A stretch of 64,000 nt of DNA from Asaia bogorensis (lineage in GTDB: Bacteria; Pseudomonadota; Alphaproteobacteria; CACIAM-22H2), in contig CAMDLT010000020.1 in NCBI GenBank assembly GCA_945901855.1, forward strand, positions 2,066 to 66,065. The letters are read 5' to 3'. The notes below the pieces were generated by a model. The model had not been told where the DNA came from, did not search any database, and saw only the letters and a program-made list of their open reading frames with translations. Position numbers and translations under genes: made by a program. Below are positions 29,183 to 39,196 of this stretch, one piece after another; position 1 is the stretch's first letter, and each line of letters opens with the position of its first letter.

Positions 29183-30076
29183 TCAGTCGAAAAGCTTGTC
29201 AATATCCGCCTGCGACGCCGTCGCGCCAGCAGTGGCGGGCGCGGGAGAGGGCGGCGCTGGCGGCGGCGTAGCTTGTTTGGCAGCTGCCGGGGGCGGGGCG
29301 GGCGCTGGGGCGGGTGTCGGCGGTGCTATGGGTGCGGGTGCGTCAAACCCTGCACCGGCCAACAGCGCGTCGATCTCATCTTGCGTGCGGCCTTGGCCGG
29401 GCATAGCCGGTCCATTCAACAGATGCGCATCGCCGCGGGTGTCGGCATTTGCATCGCGTTTTGCAACGCCGCCCGGCAGATTCTCGGCGCCCCAAATTTC
29501 GACCATCGCGTTGACGCGCTGGTCGATATAGCGAAGCGTGCTGACGACTTTGGAGATGCGCTGGCCGGTAATATCTTGGAACGAGCAGGCCGTAAAAATC
29601 TCGGTTGCTTGGTCGCTCAGCACCTGGCCTGCTTCGGCGCATTCGGTCGGAAGATTTCCGGCAACTTCCATAATGCGCTCGGCTGCATTGAGAATATCCG
29701 AGGTCGCGCGCTCGGTCGAAGCCACGATCATGTCGAGCTCGCTGGTCGCGCTGTTGATGCGGTTGTCGGTAACGGCGAGTTTCGGGTCCTTGTTGTAGAT
29801 CGAAGCGATTTCGGATTTTGCGGCCTGGATATGGGCGGCCATGCTTTGCAATTCGGCACGCAGCACATCGATGCTCTGGGTTTCCTTGGCACTCGACATT
29901 TGCTTGATCGTCCACTCGCGGAACGAGGCGGCGATGCGCCGCGCTTCGTCGAGCGCCACTACGCGCGAGCGCACGTCGCGGGCGCGCAAGAAGGCGCGGC
30001 CGCGCGTGCTGTTCAACAGCGCGTCCTCGATGGCGAAATATTCTTCGTCCGAAAGTTCGATCTTCGTCATTGGCAA
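29183..30076 (-). CDS. cheZ: CheZ-like chemotaxis protein phosphatase with N-terminal extension and Pro/Ala-rich linker
   Basis: 297 aa. FQDITGQRISKVVSTLRYID matches the CheZ catalytic D/Q block (E. coli [20 protein letters not shown]). A conserved LLNGP and the C-terminal DEIDALLAGAGFD resemble the E. coli CheA-binding tail (DQVDDLLDSLGF). Confidence 0.7.
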   Translation of the reverse strand: MPMTKIELSDEEYFAIEDALLNSTRGRAFLRARDVRSRVVALDEARRIAASFREWTIKQMSSAKETQSIDVLRAELQSMAAHIQAAKSEIASIYNKDPKLAVTDNRINSATSELDMIVASTERATSDILNAAERIMEVAGNLPTECAEAGQVLSDQATEIFTACSFQDITGQRISKVVSTLRYIDQRVNAMVEIWGAENLPGGVAKRDANADTRGDAHLLNGPAMPGQGRTQDEIDALLAGAGFDAPAPIAPPTPAPAPAPPPAAAKQATPPPAPPSPAPATAGATASQADIDKLFD

Positions 30077-30134
30077 CCTGCAGATAAAAGATGTGGCGTG
30101 ACGCGCAAGCTAGTCGGAATTGGCTAAGAACGGG

Positions 30135-31277
30135 TTAAAGTTTGCCCTCGATGGCGGCTCTGAAAATTCGCTCAAGGTCGCCATGCTCGACTTTGCAGGG
30201 ATTGCCGCCTGCCGACGGATCGGCCGCCGCCATCGCCCCGATTTCGGCCGCCCGCGACGTATCGATCCCCAGCATGGCGAGCGTGGGGGGAATTTTCAAC
30301 AGGTCGCGAAACTGCAAGACCCAAGCAAAGACCGTATCGAAATCGGCGCGCGGCAAATCGAGGGAACGCGACAAGTTCGGCATACGCGCGGCGATCGCAG
30401 CGCGATTGTGGCGCATGACATAAGGCAGCAAAATAGCGTTGGTCAGACCGTGATGCGTGTCGTAGACGGCACCGATCGGATGGGCAAGCGCGTGGACGGC
30501 GCCAAGCCCCTTTTGGAAGGCGACGGCACCCATGCTGGCGGCGGCCAGCATCTGCGCGCGCGCTTCGATGTCGGCGCCGTTGGCGACAGCGCGTGGCAGA
30601 AACTCTTTCACCAGGCGCATGCCTTCGAGCGCGATGCCATCGGCCATGGGATGGAATCCGGGCGCGCAATAGGCCTCGAAGCAATGCACGAACGCGTCGA
30701 CGCCCGTCGCGGCCGTCATATGCGCAGGCAGGCCAATGCTCAGTTCCGGATCGGCGATCACGATGCCGGGCATCATTTGTGGGTGAAAAATGATTTTTTT
30801 GACGTGCGCCGCCTCGTCGGTAATGACCGAAGCACGTCCGACTTCGGAGCCCGTGCCGGCGGTTGTCGGCACCGCGACGACCGGCACCATCGCGGCCGGA
30901 TCGACGCGCTTGAAATTATCGCCGACATCCTCGAAGTCCCAGAGCGGCCGCGTCTGGCGGGCCATCAGCGCGATGGCCTTCGCCGCATCGAGGCCCGATC
31001 CGCCGCCAAACGCGATAACGCCGTCATGCGCGCCCGCGCGCAAGGCCGCGACGCCGTCGGCAACGTTGGTACCCGTCGGGTTGCCGCGGACTTTGGCAAA
31101 AAGCGTCGCGCCCGAGAGGGCCAGCGCTTTTGCTACCATCGGCGTCGATGCAAGTCCTGCATCCGTGACCAGCAGCGCATTGGCAATGTGCAGGCGCTTG
31201 AGCGCTGCGGGCAATTCGTCCAACCGACCTGGCCCCGACCAGATTGTCGTGGGGTAGTTCCAATTGCCCTTTACCAT
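30135..31277 (-). CDS. Iron-containing alcohol dehydrogenase family protein
   Basis: 380 aa. GGGSxxD motif (AFGGGSGLDAAKAIA) and metal-binding His cluster (HALAHPIG...HG). Confidence 0.8.
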   Translation of the reverse strand: MVKGNWNYPTTIWSGPGRLDELPAALKRLHIANALLVTDAGLASTPMVAKALALSGATLFAKVRGNPTGTNVADGVAALRAGAHDGVIAFGGGSGLDAAKAIALMARQTRPLWDFEDVGDNFKRVDPAAMVPVVAVPTTAGTGSEVGRASVITDEAAHVKKIIFHPQMMPGIVIADPELSIGLPAHMTAATGVDAFVHCFEAYCAPGFHPMADGIALEGMRLVKEFLPRAVANGADIEARAQMLAAASMGAVAFQKGLGAVHALAHPIGAVYDTHHGLTNAILLPYVMRHNRAAIAARMPNLSRSLDLPRADFDTVFAWVLQFRDLLKIPPTLAMLGIDTSRAAEIGAMAAADPSAGGNPCKVEHGDLERIFRAAIEGKL

Positions 31278-31291
31278 CGCAGCCGCCCGCC

Positions 31292-32740
31292 TCAGATGAT
31301 TTCGAAATAGCGCTGCAGCTGCCAGTCGCTGATCGCTTTATTCGCCTCACGCTGTTCCCAGTCGCGGCTGGCGGCATAATGCGCGACGAATGGTTCGCCG
31401 AACAGGTCTTTGGCGACCGACGAGGCGGCCAATCGCGTCGCAGCTTCGCCCAACGTGCGCGGCAACTGCAATTCGGGCGGCGGAACCAGATCGTAGGCGT
31501 TGCCGACGACCGGGGCCGTCGGTTCGATCTTGTGCTCGATACCCCACAGTCCGGACCCAAGGGCCGCAGCAAGTGCGATGTAGGGATTGATATCGGCCGC
31601 GGCGACCCGGTATTCGACGCGCTGCGACTTCGGCGCGCCGGGGATTGCGCGTAGCGCCGTGGTGCGATTGTCGATGCCCCACAGCGCCGCTGTCGGGGCC
31701 CAGAAACCGGGGACAAGTCGCGTGTAGGAATTTACCGTGCAGGCCACCATGGCGAGCAACTCGGGCATCAGCTTTTGCTGGCCGCCGATGAAGTGGCGCA
31801 TCGTATCTGAAATGCCATGCGGCTTGGTTTCGTCGTGAAAGACGGGCCCACCGGCCGCGTTCTGCAGCGACAAATGCAGATGGCCCGACTGGCCCGGCCA
31901 GTCGTGCGACCATTTCGCCATGAATGTTGCCATACGATTTTGGCGTTGGGCGAAAACCTTGGCGAAGGTTTTGAACAAAGCGGCTTTGTCTGCGGCGGCG
32001 ACGATATCGTCGTAGAGCAGCGCCGCCTCGAGCACGCCCGCGCCCGTCTCGGTGTGCAGGCCTTCGATCGGCACGTCCATCGCGCGCATCGTGTCGAGCA
32101 GCGCGTGATAGAATTCCGCATGCACGGAACTGCGCAGCATCGAATAGCCAAAAGACCCGGGCGTAAGAGTCTTCAGGCCGCGATAGTTTTTCTCGCGCAC
32201 CGATACGGGCGTTTCCTCGAACACAAAGAATTCGAATTCCGCGGCTGCTTTGGCAGCAAGCCCCATGTCGGCCGCGCGCTGGACGACGCGCCGCAACGTG
32301 CCGCGCGGACAAACGGTTTCAGCCCGACCCGCAAATTCGGCCAGAAAAAGCAAGGTTGACGGCTCGAACGGGACCGCGCGGCAAGTCTCGGGCAGCACGC
32401 GAACCGGCGCGTCGGGATAGGCGGTGTGCCAGCCCGTGTATGTCGCGCAATCGTAAAGCTGGTCGTTCGAATCCCAGCCAAGCACAACGTCGCAAAATCC
32501 GAATCCGGTCTGCAGCACGGAGCGGAATTTCTCGCGCGACAGATATTTGCCGCGCATGACTCCGTCGATATCGAACAGACCGACTTTCACATTGTCGATT
32601 TTGCGCGCGTCCAGCAGGGCGGCGGCTTGTTCGGCAGTTTTGACGTCGCGGGGTCCGGTTGCGGGCTCCCGGTCGCCGGCCAGATCAGGCGGCACGGCGC
32701 AGATCCAGTCGGCTCCAGACATCAACCAGCGCCTCGACAA
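31292..32740 (-). CDS. Glutamine synthetase family protein (GlnA-like catalytic domain; gamma-glutamyl-amine ligase PuuA-like)
   Basis: About 470-480 aa. The annotated start is a TTG (tool translates it as M); an internal ATG lies at about 32721. Either start overlaps the 3' end of hemA. Confidence 0.7.
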   Translation of the reverse strand: MSRRWLMSGADWICAVPPDLAGDREPATGPRDVKTAEQAAALLDARKIDNVKVGLFDIDGVMRGKYLSREKFRSVLQTGFGFCDVVLGWDSNDQLYDCATYTGWHTAYPDAPVRVLPETCRAVPFEPSTLLFLAEFAGRAETVCPRGTLRRVVQRAADMGLAAKAAAEFEFFVFEETPVSVREKNYRGLKTLTPGSFGYSMLRSSVHAEFYHALLDTMRAMDVPIEGLHTETGAGVLEAALLYDDIVAAADKAALFKTFAKVFAQRQNRMATFMAKWSHDWPGQSGHLHLSLQNAAGGPVFHDETKPHGISDTMRHFIGGQQKLMPELLAMVACTVNSYTRLVPGFWAPTAALWGIDNRTTALRAIPGAPKSQRVEYRVAAADINPYIALAAALGSGLWGIEHKIEPTAPVVGNAYDLVPPPELQLPRTLGEAATRLAASSVAKDLFGEPFVAHYAASRDWEQREANKAISDWQLQRYFEII

Positions 32741-33902
32741 GCTGATCCATCAGCCCATCGTCGTGGAAGGGGGTGGCGGTCAAACGCAGCCGTTGCGTGC
32801 CGCGCGGCACGGTCGGGAAATTGATCGGCTGGACATAGATCGATTTTCGCATCAGCAGTTCGTCGCTCGCCTGTTTGGCGAGGCGCGCGTCGCCGACGAG
32901 CAACGGCACGATGTGCGTGGCCGACGGCATCACCGGCAGTCCTGCTTGGACCAGCAACCGCTTGAGGCGTTCGGCGCGTTCGGCCAGTTTGGCGCGCGCG
33001 GCTTGGTCGCTTTTGAGATGGCGGATGGCGGCACGCGCACCGGCTGCCACGACCGGCGGCATCGAGCTCGAGAAAATGAAGCCGGGGGCCGTGCTGCGGA
33101 CAGCATCGCACAAAGCCGTCGAAGCCGCGATATAGCCGCCGACCACGCCAAAGCCCTTGGCGAGCGTGCCTTGCACAATGTCGAGGCGCGCTTGCGCGCC
33201 ATCGCGTTCGGCAATGCCGGCGCCGCGCGCGCCGTAAAGACCGACCGCATGCACTTCGTCGAGATACGTCATCGCATCGTATTTTTCGGCGAGGTCGCAA
33301 AACGCGTGGATCGGCGAAACGTCGCCGTCCATCGAATAGACGCTCTCGAACGCGATCAGCTTTGGGCGCGACGGTTCGATCGATTGGAGCTGGGCTTCGA
33401 GATCGGCCGCATCGTTGTGGCGAAAGACGAGTTTGTCCGCGCCCGAATGGCGAATGCCTTCGATCATCGAGGCGTGGTTGAGCGCATCGGACAAGATCAC
33501 GACGCCTGGCAGCAGCCGCCCGATCGCCGACAAAGCCGCCTCGTTGGCGTTGTAGCCGGAACTGAACACCAAGGCCGCCGGCTTGGCATGCAGATCGGCC
33601 AGTTCGCGCTCGAGCAAAACATGCTGGTGGTTGGTACCGGAGATGTTGCGCGTTCCGCCCGCACCGGCCCCGTTCGCGACGAGCGCCGCCTGCATGGCGG
33701 CAAGCGTGTCGGGATGCTGGCCCATGCCCAGATAGTCGTTCGAGCACCATACGACGATGTCGCGCGGTCCCTCCGGCGAATGCCAAGTCGCATGCGGAAA
33801 GGCGCCGCATTTGCGCTCGAGATCCGCAAACACGCGGTAGCGGCCTTCGGCCTTCAAAGCGCCGATGGTGTCGGAAAAATAGCGTTCATAGTCGCGTCGC
33901 AT
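32685..33902 (-). CDS. hemA: 5-aminolevulinate synthase
   Basis: 405 aa. Near-collinear with Rhodobacter HemA ([24 protein letters not shown]; [14 protein letters not shown]; [13 protein letters not shown]; [13 protein letters not shown]; [14 protein letters not shown]). Confidence 0.85.
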   Translation of the reverse strand: MRRDYERYFSDTIGALKAEGRYRVFADLERKCGAFPHATWHSPEGPRDIVVWCSNDYLGMGQHPDTLAAMQAALVANGAGAGGTRNISGTNHQHVLLERELADLHAKPAALVFSSGYNANEAALSAIGRLLPGVVILSDALNHASMIEGIRHSGADKLVFRHNDAADLEAQLQSIEPSRPKLIAFESVYSMDGDVSPIHAFCDLAEKYDAMTYLDEVHAVGLYGARGAGIAERDGAQARLDIVQGTLAKGFGVVGGYIAASTALCDAVRSTAPGFIFSSSMPPVVAAGARAAIRHLKSDQAARAKLAERAERLKRLLVQAGLPVMPSATHIVPLLVGDARLAKQASDELLMRKSIYVQPINFPTVPRGTQRLRLTATPFHDDGLMDQLVEALVDVWSRLDLRRAA

Positions 33903-33922
33903 CGCCCCAGTCCCCCGAAATG

Positions 33923-35320
33923 TCAGTCAAAAAAACCTTTGGCGCGCGCAACTTCTGCACCCTCGGCAAGGCCCTTGGCAAAGCGCGCGAACAATTCATC
34001 TATCCCCGCCTCGTCGATAATCAATGGCGGGCACACCGCCACGCGATTGTCGAAGAGGCCGCGCACCATCAGCCCGTTGGCTTCGCAGGCTTTGGCGATC
34101 AAGGGGGCGACGGCTTGGCTTGGCTCGAACATCGTCTTGGTCGTTTTGTCTTTGGCAAGCTGCAGGCTGCCAATCAGCCCCACACCCGTGGCATGACCGA
34201 CGATCGGATGGTCGGCGAGTTTTTGGAGCGCGGCTTGGAAGCGCGGCGCTACGCGCCGGACATGGCCGACGATGTCGCGCTCTTCGTAGATGGCCAGCGT
34301 TTCGAGCGCGACAGCGGCAGGCACAGGGTGAGCCGTATAGGTGTAACCGTGCCCGAAAGTACCGATCTTCGCGCTGTTGGCCTGCATGGCCGCATAGATC
34401 GGCTCTGAAATCAGCACGGCCGAGATCGGCAAGTACGCCGACGACAGCGCTTTGGCGCAGGTCAAAATATCGGGCACGATGCCGTAAGTCTGGCTGCCCC
34501 ACATGTTGCCAGTGCGCCCGAAGCCGCAAATGACCTCGTCGGCGACCAGCAAGATGCCGTATTTTTTGAGTACGGCTTGGATCTTCGGGAAATAGCCCGC
34601 GGGCGGCACGATGACGCCGCCGGCCCCCATGACGGGCTCGGCAAACATCGCAATGATGGTTTCGGGATCTTCGGCCAAAATCAGTTTTTCGAGATTTTCG
34701 GCGAGCCGCGTCGAATACTGTTCCTCGGTTTCGCCCGGCAATCCGCCGCGATAGAAATCCGGCGTTTCCGCGTAAGCGACCGGGAAGATTGGTAGGTCAA
34801 AGTCTTTTTGATTTGCCGGAAGTTTGGTGAGCGATGCGGCCGCGATCGTCACGCCGTGATATGCCTTCTCTCGGCTCAAGATTTTTTTGCGCCTGGGCGT
34901 GCCCGCCGCGTTCGCGATGTACCAAAGAATCTTGATTGCCGTGTCGTTGGCTTCCGATCCCGAGTTGGCGAAGAAGACCTTCGACATGGGCACGGGCGCA
35001 AGTTCTTTGAGCTTTTCGGCAAGTGCGATGCCCGGCTCGTGCGACTTGCCGGCGAAGATATGGTAAAACGGCAATTGCCGCATTTGCTTGTGCGCAGCAT
35101 CCGCCAGGCGCGCCTCGTCGAAGCCAAGAGAAGCGCACCACAGGCCCGCCAAGCCCTCGATATAGGTCTTGCCATTGTCGTCGACGACATAGATGCCATG
35201 GCCCTTCGCCATGATGACTGGCCCATCGCTCTCGTGGGCGCGGAGATTCGTGTAGGGATGCACGAGCGCTGCAATGTCGCGCGCTGCCAGCGAGTTGCCG
35301 CGTGGGCGTAAGTCGTTCAT
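33923..35320 (-). CDS. Class-III (omega) aminotransferase, PLP-dependent
   Basis: 465 aa. Motifs [16 protein letters not shown] and TCAKAL (PLP-binding lysine). Confidence 0.85.
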   Translation of the reverse strand: MNDLRPRGNSLAARDIAALVHPYTNLRAHESDGPVIMAKGHGIYVVDDNGKTYIEGLAGLWCASLGFDEARLADAAHKQMRQLPFYHIFAGKSHEPGIALAEKLKELAPVPMSKVFFANSGSEANDTAIKILWYIANAAGTPRRKKILSREKAYHGVTIAAASLTKLPANQKDFDLPIFPVAYAETPDFYRGGLPGETEEQYSTRLAENLEKLILAEDPETIIAMFAEPVMGAGGVIVPPAGYFPKIQAVLKKYGILLVADEVICGFGRTGNMWGSQTYGIVPDILTCAKALSSAYLPISAVLISEPIYAAMQANSAKIGTFGHGYTYTAHPVPAAVALETLAIYEERDIVGHVRRVAPRFQAALQKLADHPIVGHATGVGLIGSLQLAKDKTTKTMFEPSQAVAPLIAKACEANGLMVRGLFDNRVAVCPPLIIDEAGIDELFARFAKGLAEGAEVARAKGFFD

Positions 35321-35482
35321 CGGTTTGATCCCCCTTGGATACCAACTCTAGCGCAGCGAATACGAAGCTGTCGCGCGTAACAATGTTCTGATATTGTTCT
35401 ATCTATTGCCTATTTGATCGGCAAATATCGTTTGATTTGCCGGCCGAACACGCTACGTAGGACGTAATCCGGCGCTCCGACT

Positions 35483-35498
35483 TGGCACGAAAGGTGCG
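35483..35498 (+). promoter_or_regulatory. Candidate sigma-54 promoter (TGGCACgaaagGTGCg; GG-N10-GC) about 90 bp upstream of the ABC substrate-binding protein
   Basis: Sequence match to the -24/-12 spacing. The -12 element is GTGC rather than TTGC. Confidence 0.3.
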
Positions 35499-35586
35499 TG
35501 GTCAAAGACCGGTGTTCTCCGGTTTTCGGCCGGAGAGCCTTTGGACAGACCCCCTCCCGCATTCGCGGGTGTTCACTGGAGGAAAA

Positions 35587-37194
35587 ATGAAAACCAAATC
35601 TCGTCTCGCGCAGGTAGCGTTCGCTGCCGCTGCGACCGGCGCCGTCGCCTTGGGCCTGCTGCCCGCTGCGGCCGACGCAAAAACCTTCCGCATGTCGGTT
35701 TCGGGCGACGCCAACACGATGGACCCGCATTCGCAGAATGCCGGCAACGTCACGCTGGTGCTGCGCCAAATCTACGAACCGCTCGTGCAGCGCGGCAAGA
35801 CGATGGAACTCCAGCCATCCTTGGCCGTGCGCTGGACCTTGATGGAGCCCACGCGCTGGCGCTTCAATTTGCGCCCGGACGTCAAATTCTCGAACGGCAA
35901 CGCCTTCGATGCGGACGACGTCGTCTTCTCGATCCAGCGGTCGCTGCACGAATTCTCGAACTACGGCATCTTCACCGACACGATCGCCGAGGCGCGCAAG
36001 ATCGATGCGCTGACGGTCGACATCATCACGAAGGTTCCCGATCCGGTGCTGATCGACAAGCTCACCCAAGTCTACATGATGGACAAGGAGTGGAGCGAAG
36101 CCAACAACGCCACGCGACCGCAGAACGTGCGCGGACGCGAAGACAGCTTCACCGGCCGCAACACGATGGGCACGGGTCCGTTCGTGCAGCGCAGCCGCGA
36201 GCCCGACGTTCGCACGGTGATGGTGCAGAACCCGACCTGGTGGAACAACGCAGCGCGCGAAGGCAACGTGACCGAACTCGTGTTCCAGCCGATCGCGTCG
36301 GCTGCGACGCGCACGGCCGCACTGCGTTCGGGCGAGATCGACTTCGTGCTCGACCCGCCGGTGCAGGACATCGCCCAGCTTGGCGCCGCGCCCGGCCTCA
36401 AGATCGTCTCGGGGCCCGAAGTGCGCACCATCTTCATCGCGTTCGACACCAGCCGCGACGAGCTGCTCTATTCGTCGGTCAAGGGCCGCAATCCGTTCAA
36501 GGACGTGCGCGTGCGCCTGGCCATGTACCACGCGATGAACATCGACGCGATCCACACGCGCGTGATGCGCGGCCAGTCGGTCAATACGGGTGCCCTCTAT
36601 CCCGATACGGTCACCGGCTACACCAAGACTTGGGACAAGCGCTATCCGTTCAACGTCGCCGAAGCGCGCAATCTGATGCGCCAGGCGGGATATCCGGACG
36701 GTTTCGAAATCACCTTCGACTGCCCGAACAACCGCTACATCAACGACGAGGCGATCTGCCAAGCGCTCGTCGCGATGTGGGTGCAGATCGGCGTCAAGGC
36801 GAACCTGAACGCGATGCCGCTTGCCACCTACTTCCCCAAGGTCCAGCGCGACGACACGTCGCTCTATCTGCTGGGCTGGGGCGTGCCCACGCTCGATGCG
36901 CTCTATTCGCTGCAGTCGCTGATCCGCACGCGCGACGGCCAGCCGGGCAACGGCATCTGGAACCATGGCCGCTTCTCGGATCCGGATTTCGACCGCGTCA
37001 TCGACGCGGTGAAGCTCGAAACGAACGTCGCCGCGCGCAACAAGCTTATCGACGAGTTCAACAAACTCTACCACGAGCGCGTGCCGCATCTGCCGCTGCA
37101 TCACCAGGTGATTCCGTGGGCGATGCGCTCGAACGTCGATCTCGTGCACAGCCCGCTCAACCAGCTCGAAGTCAAGTGGGTCAAGGTCAACTAG
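35587..37194 (+). CDS. ABC transporter substrate-binding protein, family 5 (DppA-like)
   Basis: About 535 aa from internal ATG (MKTKSRLAQVAFAAAATGAVALGLLPAAADA signal), with a GGAGGAAAAATG ribosome-binding site. Confidence 0.8.
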   Translation: MKTKSRLAQVAFAAAATGAVALGLLPAAADAKTFRMSVSGDANTMDPHSQNAGNVTLVLRQIYEPLVQRGKTMELQPSLAVRWTLMEPTRWRFNLRPDVKFSNGNAFDADDVVFSIQRSLHEFSNYGIFTDTIAEARKIDALTVDIITKVPDPVLIDKLTQVYMMDKEWSEANNATRPQNVRGREDSFTGRNTMGTGPFVQRSREPDVRTVMVQNPTWWNNAAREGNVTELVFQPIASAATRTAALRSGEIDFVLDPPVQDIAQLGAAPGLKIVSGPEVRTIFIAFDTSRDELLYSSVKGRNPFKDVRVRLAMYHAMNIDAIHTRVMRGQSVNTGALYPDTVTGYTKTWDKRYPFNVAEARNLMRQAGYPDGFEITFDCPNNRYINDEAICQALVAMWVQIGVKANLNAMPLATYFPKVQRDDTSLYLLGWGVPTLDALYSLQSLIRTRDGQPGNGIWNHGRFSDPDFDRVIDAVKLETNVAARNKLIDEFNKLYHERVPHLPLHHQVIPWAMRSNVDLVHSPLNQLEVKWVKVN

Positions 37195-37272
37195 GATGAT
37201 CCGACCCGCCTCGGGCGCCAAGCGCGGCGCTCGAGGCGTCGTCGCCCTCGAACGCAAAACGGCATCTTCGAC

Positions 37273-38259
37273 ATGATCGCATTCATCATCCAACGTTTGC
37301 TGCAGGCCGTACTGGTCATGATGGCGGTCGGCTTCGTAGCTTTTTCGTTGTTCGCCTATGTCGGCGATCCCGTGTCAATCATGTTGGGCCAGGATTTCAC
37401 CGAAGAGGCGCGCATCCGCCTCGTGCGCGATCTTGGCCTCGATCAGCCGTTTTTCGTCCAGTATTTCAATTTTCTCGGCAAGGCGGTGCAGGGCGAATTC
37501 GGCATTTCGTACCGCTTGGCGCGCCCGGTCTCGGATTTGCTGATGGAACGCCTGCCGGCCACGCTCGAACTGTCGCTTTGCGCTGCGGTTCTGGCCTTGG
37601 CGGTCGGCGTGCCGATGGGCGTCTATACCGGCCTCAACCGCGACACTTGGTTGTCGCGGCTGATGCTGACGGTGAGCCTGGTGGGCGTGTCGTTGCCCAC
37701 CTTTCTGATCGGTATTTTGCTGATTCTGGTCTTCTCGGTGCTGCTCGGGTGGCTGCCGTCGTTCGGGCGCGGGACGACCGTGGCACTCGGCTGGTGGACA
37801 ACGGGCTTCCTGACGCCCACCGGGATCCGCGCCCTGATCCTGCCGTCGATTACGCTCGCCTTGTTCCAGATGACGCTGATCATGCGGCTGGTGCGCTCGG
37901 AGATGCTCGAGGTGCTGCGAACGGATTACATCAAATTCGCGCGGGCGCGCGGGCTATCGAACCGCGCCATCAATTTCGGCCACGCGCTCAAGAACACGCT
38001 GGTGCCTGTCATCACGATCACGGGCTTGCAGCTCGGCGGCATCATCGCCTTCGCGATCGTGACCGAAACCGTGTTCCAGTGGCCCGGCATGGGCTTCTTG
38101 TTCATCCAGTCGGTGTCGGCCGCCGACGTGCCTGTGATGGCTGCCTATCTGATTCTGATCGCGTTCTTCTTCGTTCTTATCAACCTGATTGTCGATCTGC
38201 TGTACTACGCCGTCGATCCGCGCTTGCGCATCGATCGCGGAACGGCGGGCGGCCATTGA
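37273..38259 (+). CDS. ABC transporter permease (DppB-like)
   Basis: 328 aa, N-terminal MIAFIIQRLLQAVLVMMAV..., TM-rich. Confidence 0.8.
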   Translation: MIAFIIQRLLQAVLVMMAVGFVAFSLFAYVGDPVSIMLGQDFTEEARIRLVRDLGLDQPFFVQYFNFLGKAVQGEFGISYRLARPVSDLLMERLPATLELSLCAAVLALAVGVPMGVYTGLNRDTWLSRLMLTVSLVGVSLPTFLIGILLILVFSVLLGWLPSFGRGTTVALGWWTTGFLTPTGIRALILPSITLALFQMTLIMRLVRSEMLEVLRTDYIKFARARGLSNRAINFGHALKNTLVPVITITGLQLGGIIAFAIVTETVFQWPGMGFLFIQSVSAADVPVMAAYLILIAFFFVLINLIVDLLYYAVDPRLRIDRGTAGGH

Positions 38260-38276
38260 TCGGGAAGGAACCTGCA

Positions 38277-39188
38277 ATGGACGCCATTCGCCGCTTGGTC
38301 GACAGCGACATCTTCTACAGCTTCAGCAAATCGCCTGTCATCATCGTGGCGGCGATCGTGACGGTCGTCTTTTTTGCAGGCGCCGTGTTTGCGCCCTTTT
38401 TGGCGCCTCAAAACCCTTTCGATCTGCGTCAGCTCAATTTGATGGACTCCTCGCTGCCGCCCGCGTGGACCGCCGAGGGTGTCGCCAAATATCCGCTCGG
38501 CACCGACACCCAAGGGCGCGATGTTTTCTCCACCATCCTGTTCGGCAGCCGCATATCTTTGCTGGTTGGCATTCTGTCGGTCGTATTTGCGATGGTGCTT
38601 GGCATCGCGCTTGGACTGCTCGCGGGCTACATGGGCGGCACGGTTGATGCCCTGATCATGCGGGTGGCCGACGTGCAACTCTCGTTTCCCGCCATTCTGA
38701 TCGCGTTGTTGATCGACGGCGTGGCGCGCGTGGTTATCCCGCGCGAGATGCACCACGAGATAGCAATCTACGTGCTGATTTTGGCGATCGGATTTTCGGG
38801 CTGGGTTCAGTACGCGCGCACGGTGCGCGGTTCCTGCATGGTCGAGAAAAGCAAGGAATACGTGCAAGCCGCGCGCGTGATCGGCCGCCATCCGGTGGCG
38901 ATCATGCTCAAACACGTGCTGCCCAACGTGCTGGGGCCCGTGCTGGTCATTGCCACGATCCATCTGGCGCTTGCGATCATCACGGAAGCAACGCTCTCGT
39001 TCCTGGGCGTGGGCGTGCCGCCGACGGAGCCGTCGCTCGGAACGCTGATCCGCATCGGTAACAACTATCTGTTTTCGGGCGAATGGTGGATCACCGTTTT
39101 TCCGGGTCTTGCCCTCGTGATTATGGTTCTTGCGGTGAATCTGCTGGGCGACTGGCTGCGCGACGCTCTCAACCCGAAACTGCGCTAG
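38277..39188 (+). CDS. ABC transporter permease (DppC-like)
   Basis: 303 aa from internal ATG (MDAIRRLVDSDIFYSF...). Confidence 0.8.
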   Translation: MDAIRRLVDSDIFYSFSKSPVIIVAAIVTVVFFAGAVFAPFLAPQNPFDLRQLNLMDSSLPPAWTAEGVAKYPLGTDTQGRDVFSTILFGSRISLLVGILSVVFAMVLGIALGLLAGYMGGTVDALIMRVADVQLSFPAILIALLIDGVARVVIPREMHHEIAIYVLILAIGFSGWVQYARTVRGSCMVEKSKEYVQAARVIGRHPVAIMLKHVLPNVLGPVLVIATIHLALAIITEATLSFLGVGVPPTEPSLGTLIRIGNNYLFSGEWWITVFPGLALVIMVLAVNLLGDWLRDALNPKLR

Positions 39189-39196
39189 AGGTGGGC

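Noticed and set aside
32685-33902. Possibility that the ALAS-like gene is 2-amino-3-ketobutyrate CoA ligase (Kbl) or another alpha-oxoamine synthase rather than HemA
   Set aside because: - Collinear block-by-block similarity to Rhodobacter HemA over the whole length, including the N-terminal EGRYRxF and C-terminal [14 protein letters not shown] blocks, argues for a genuine ALAS.
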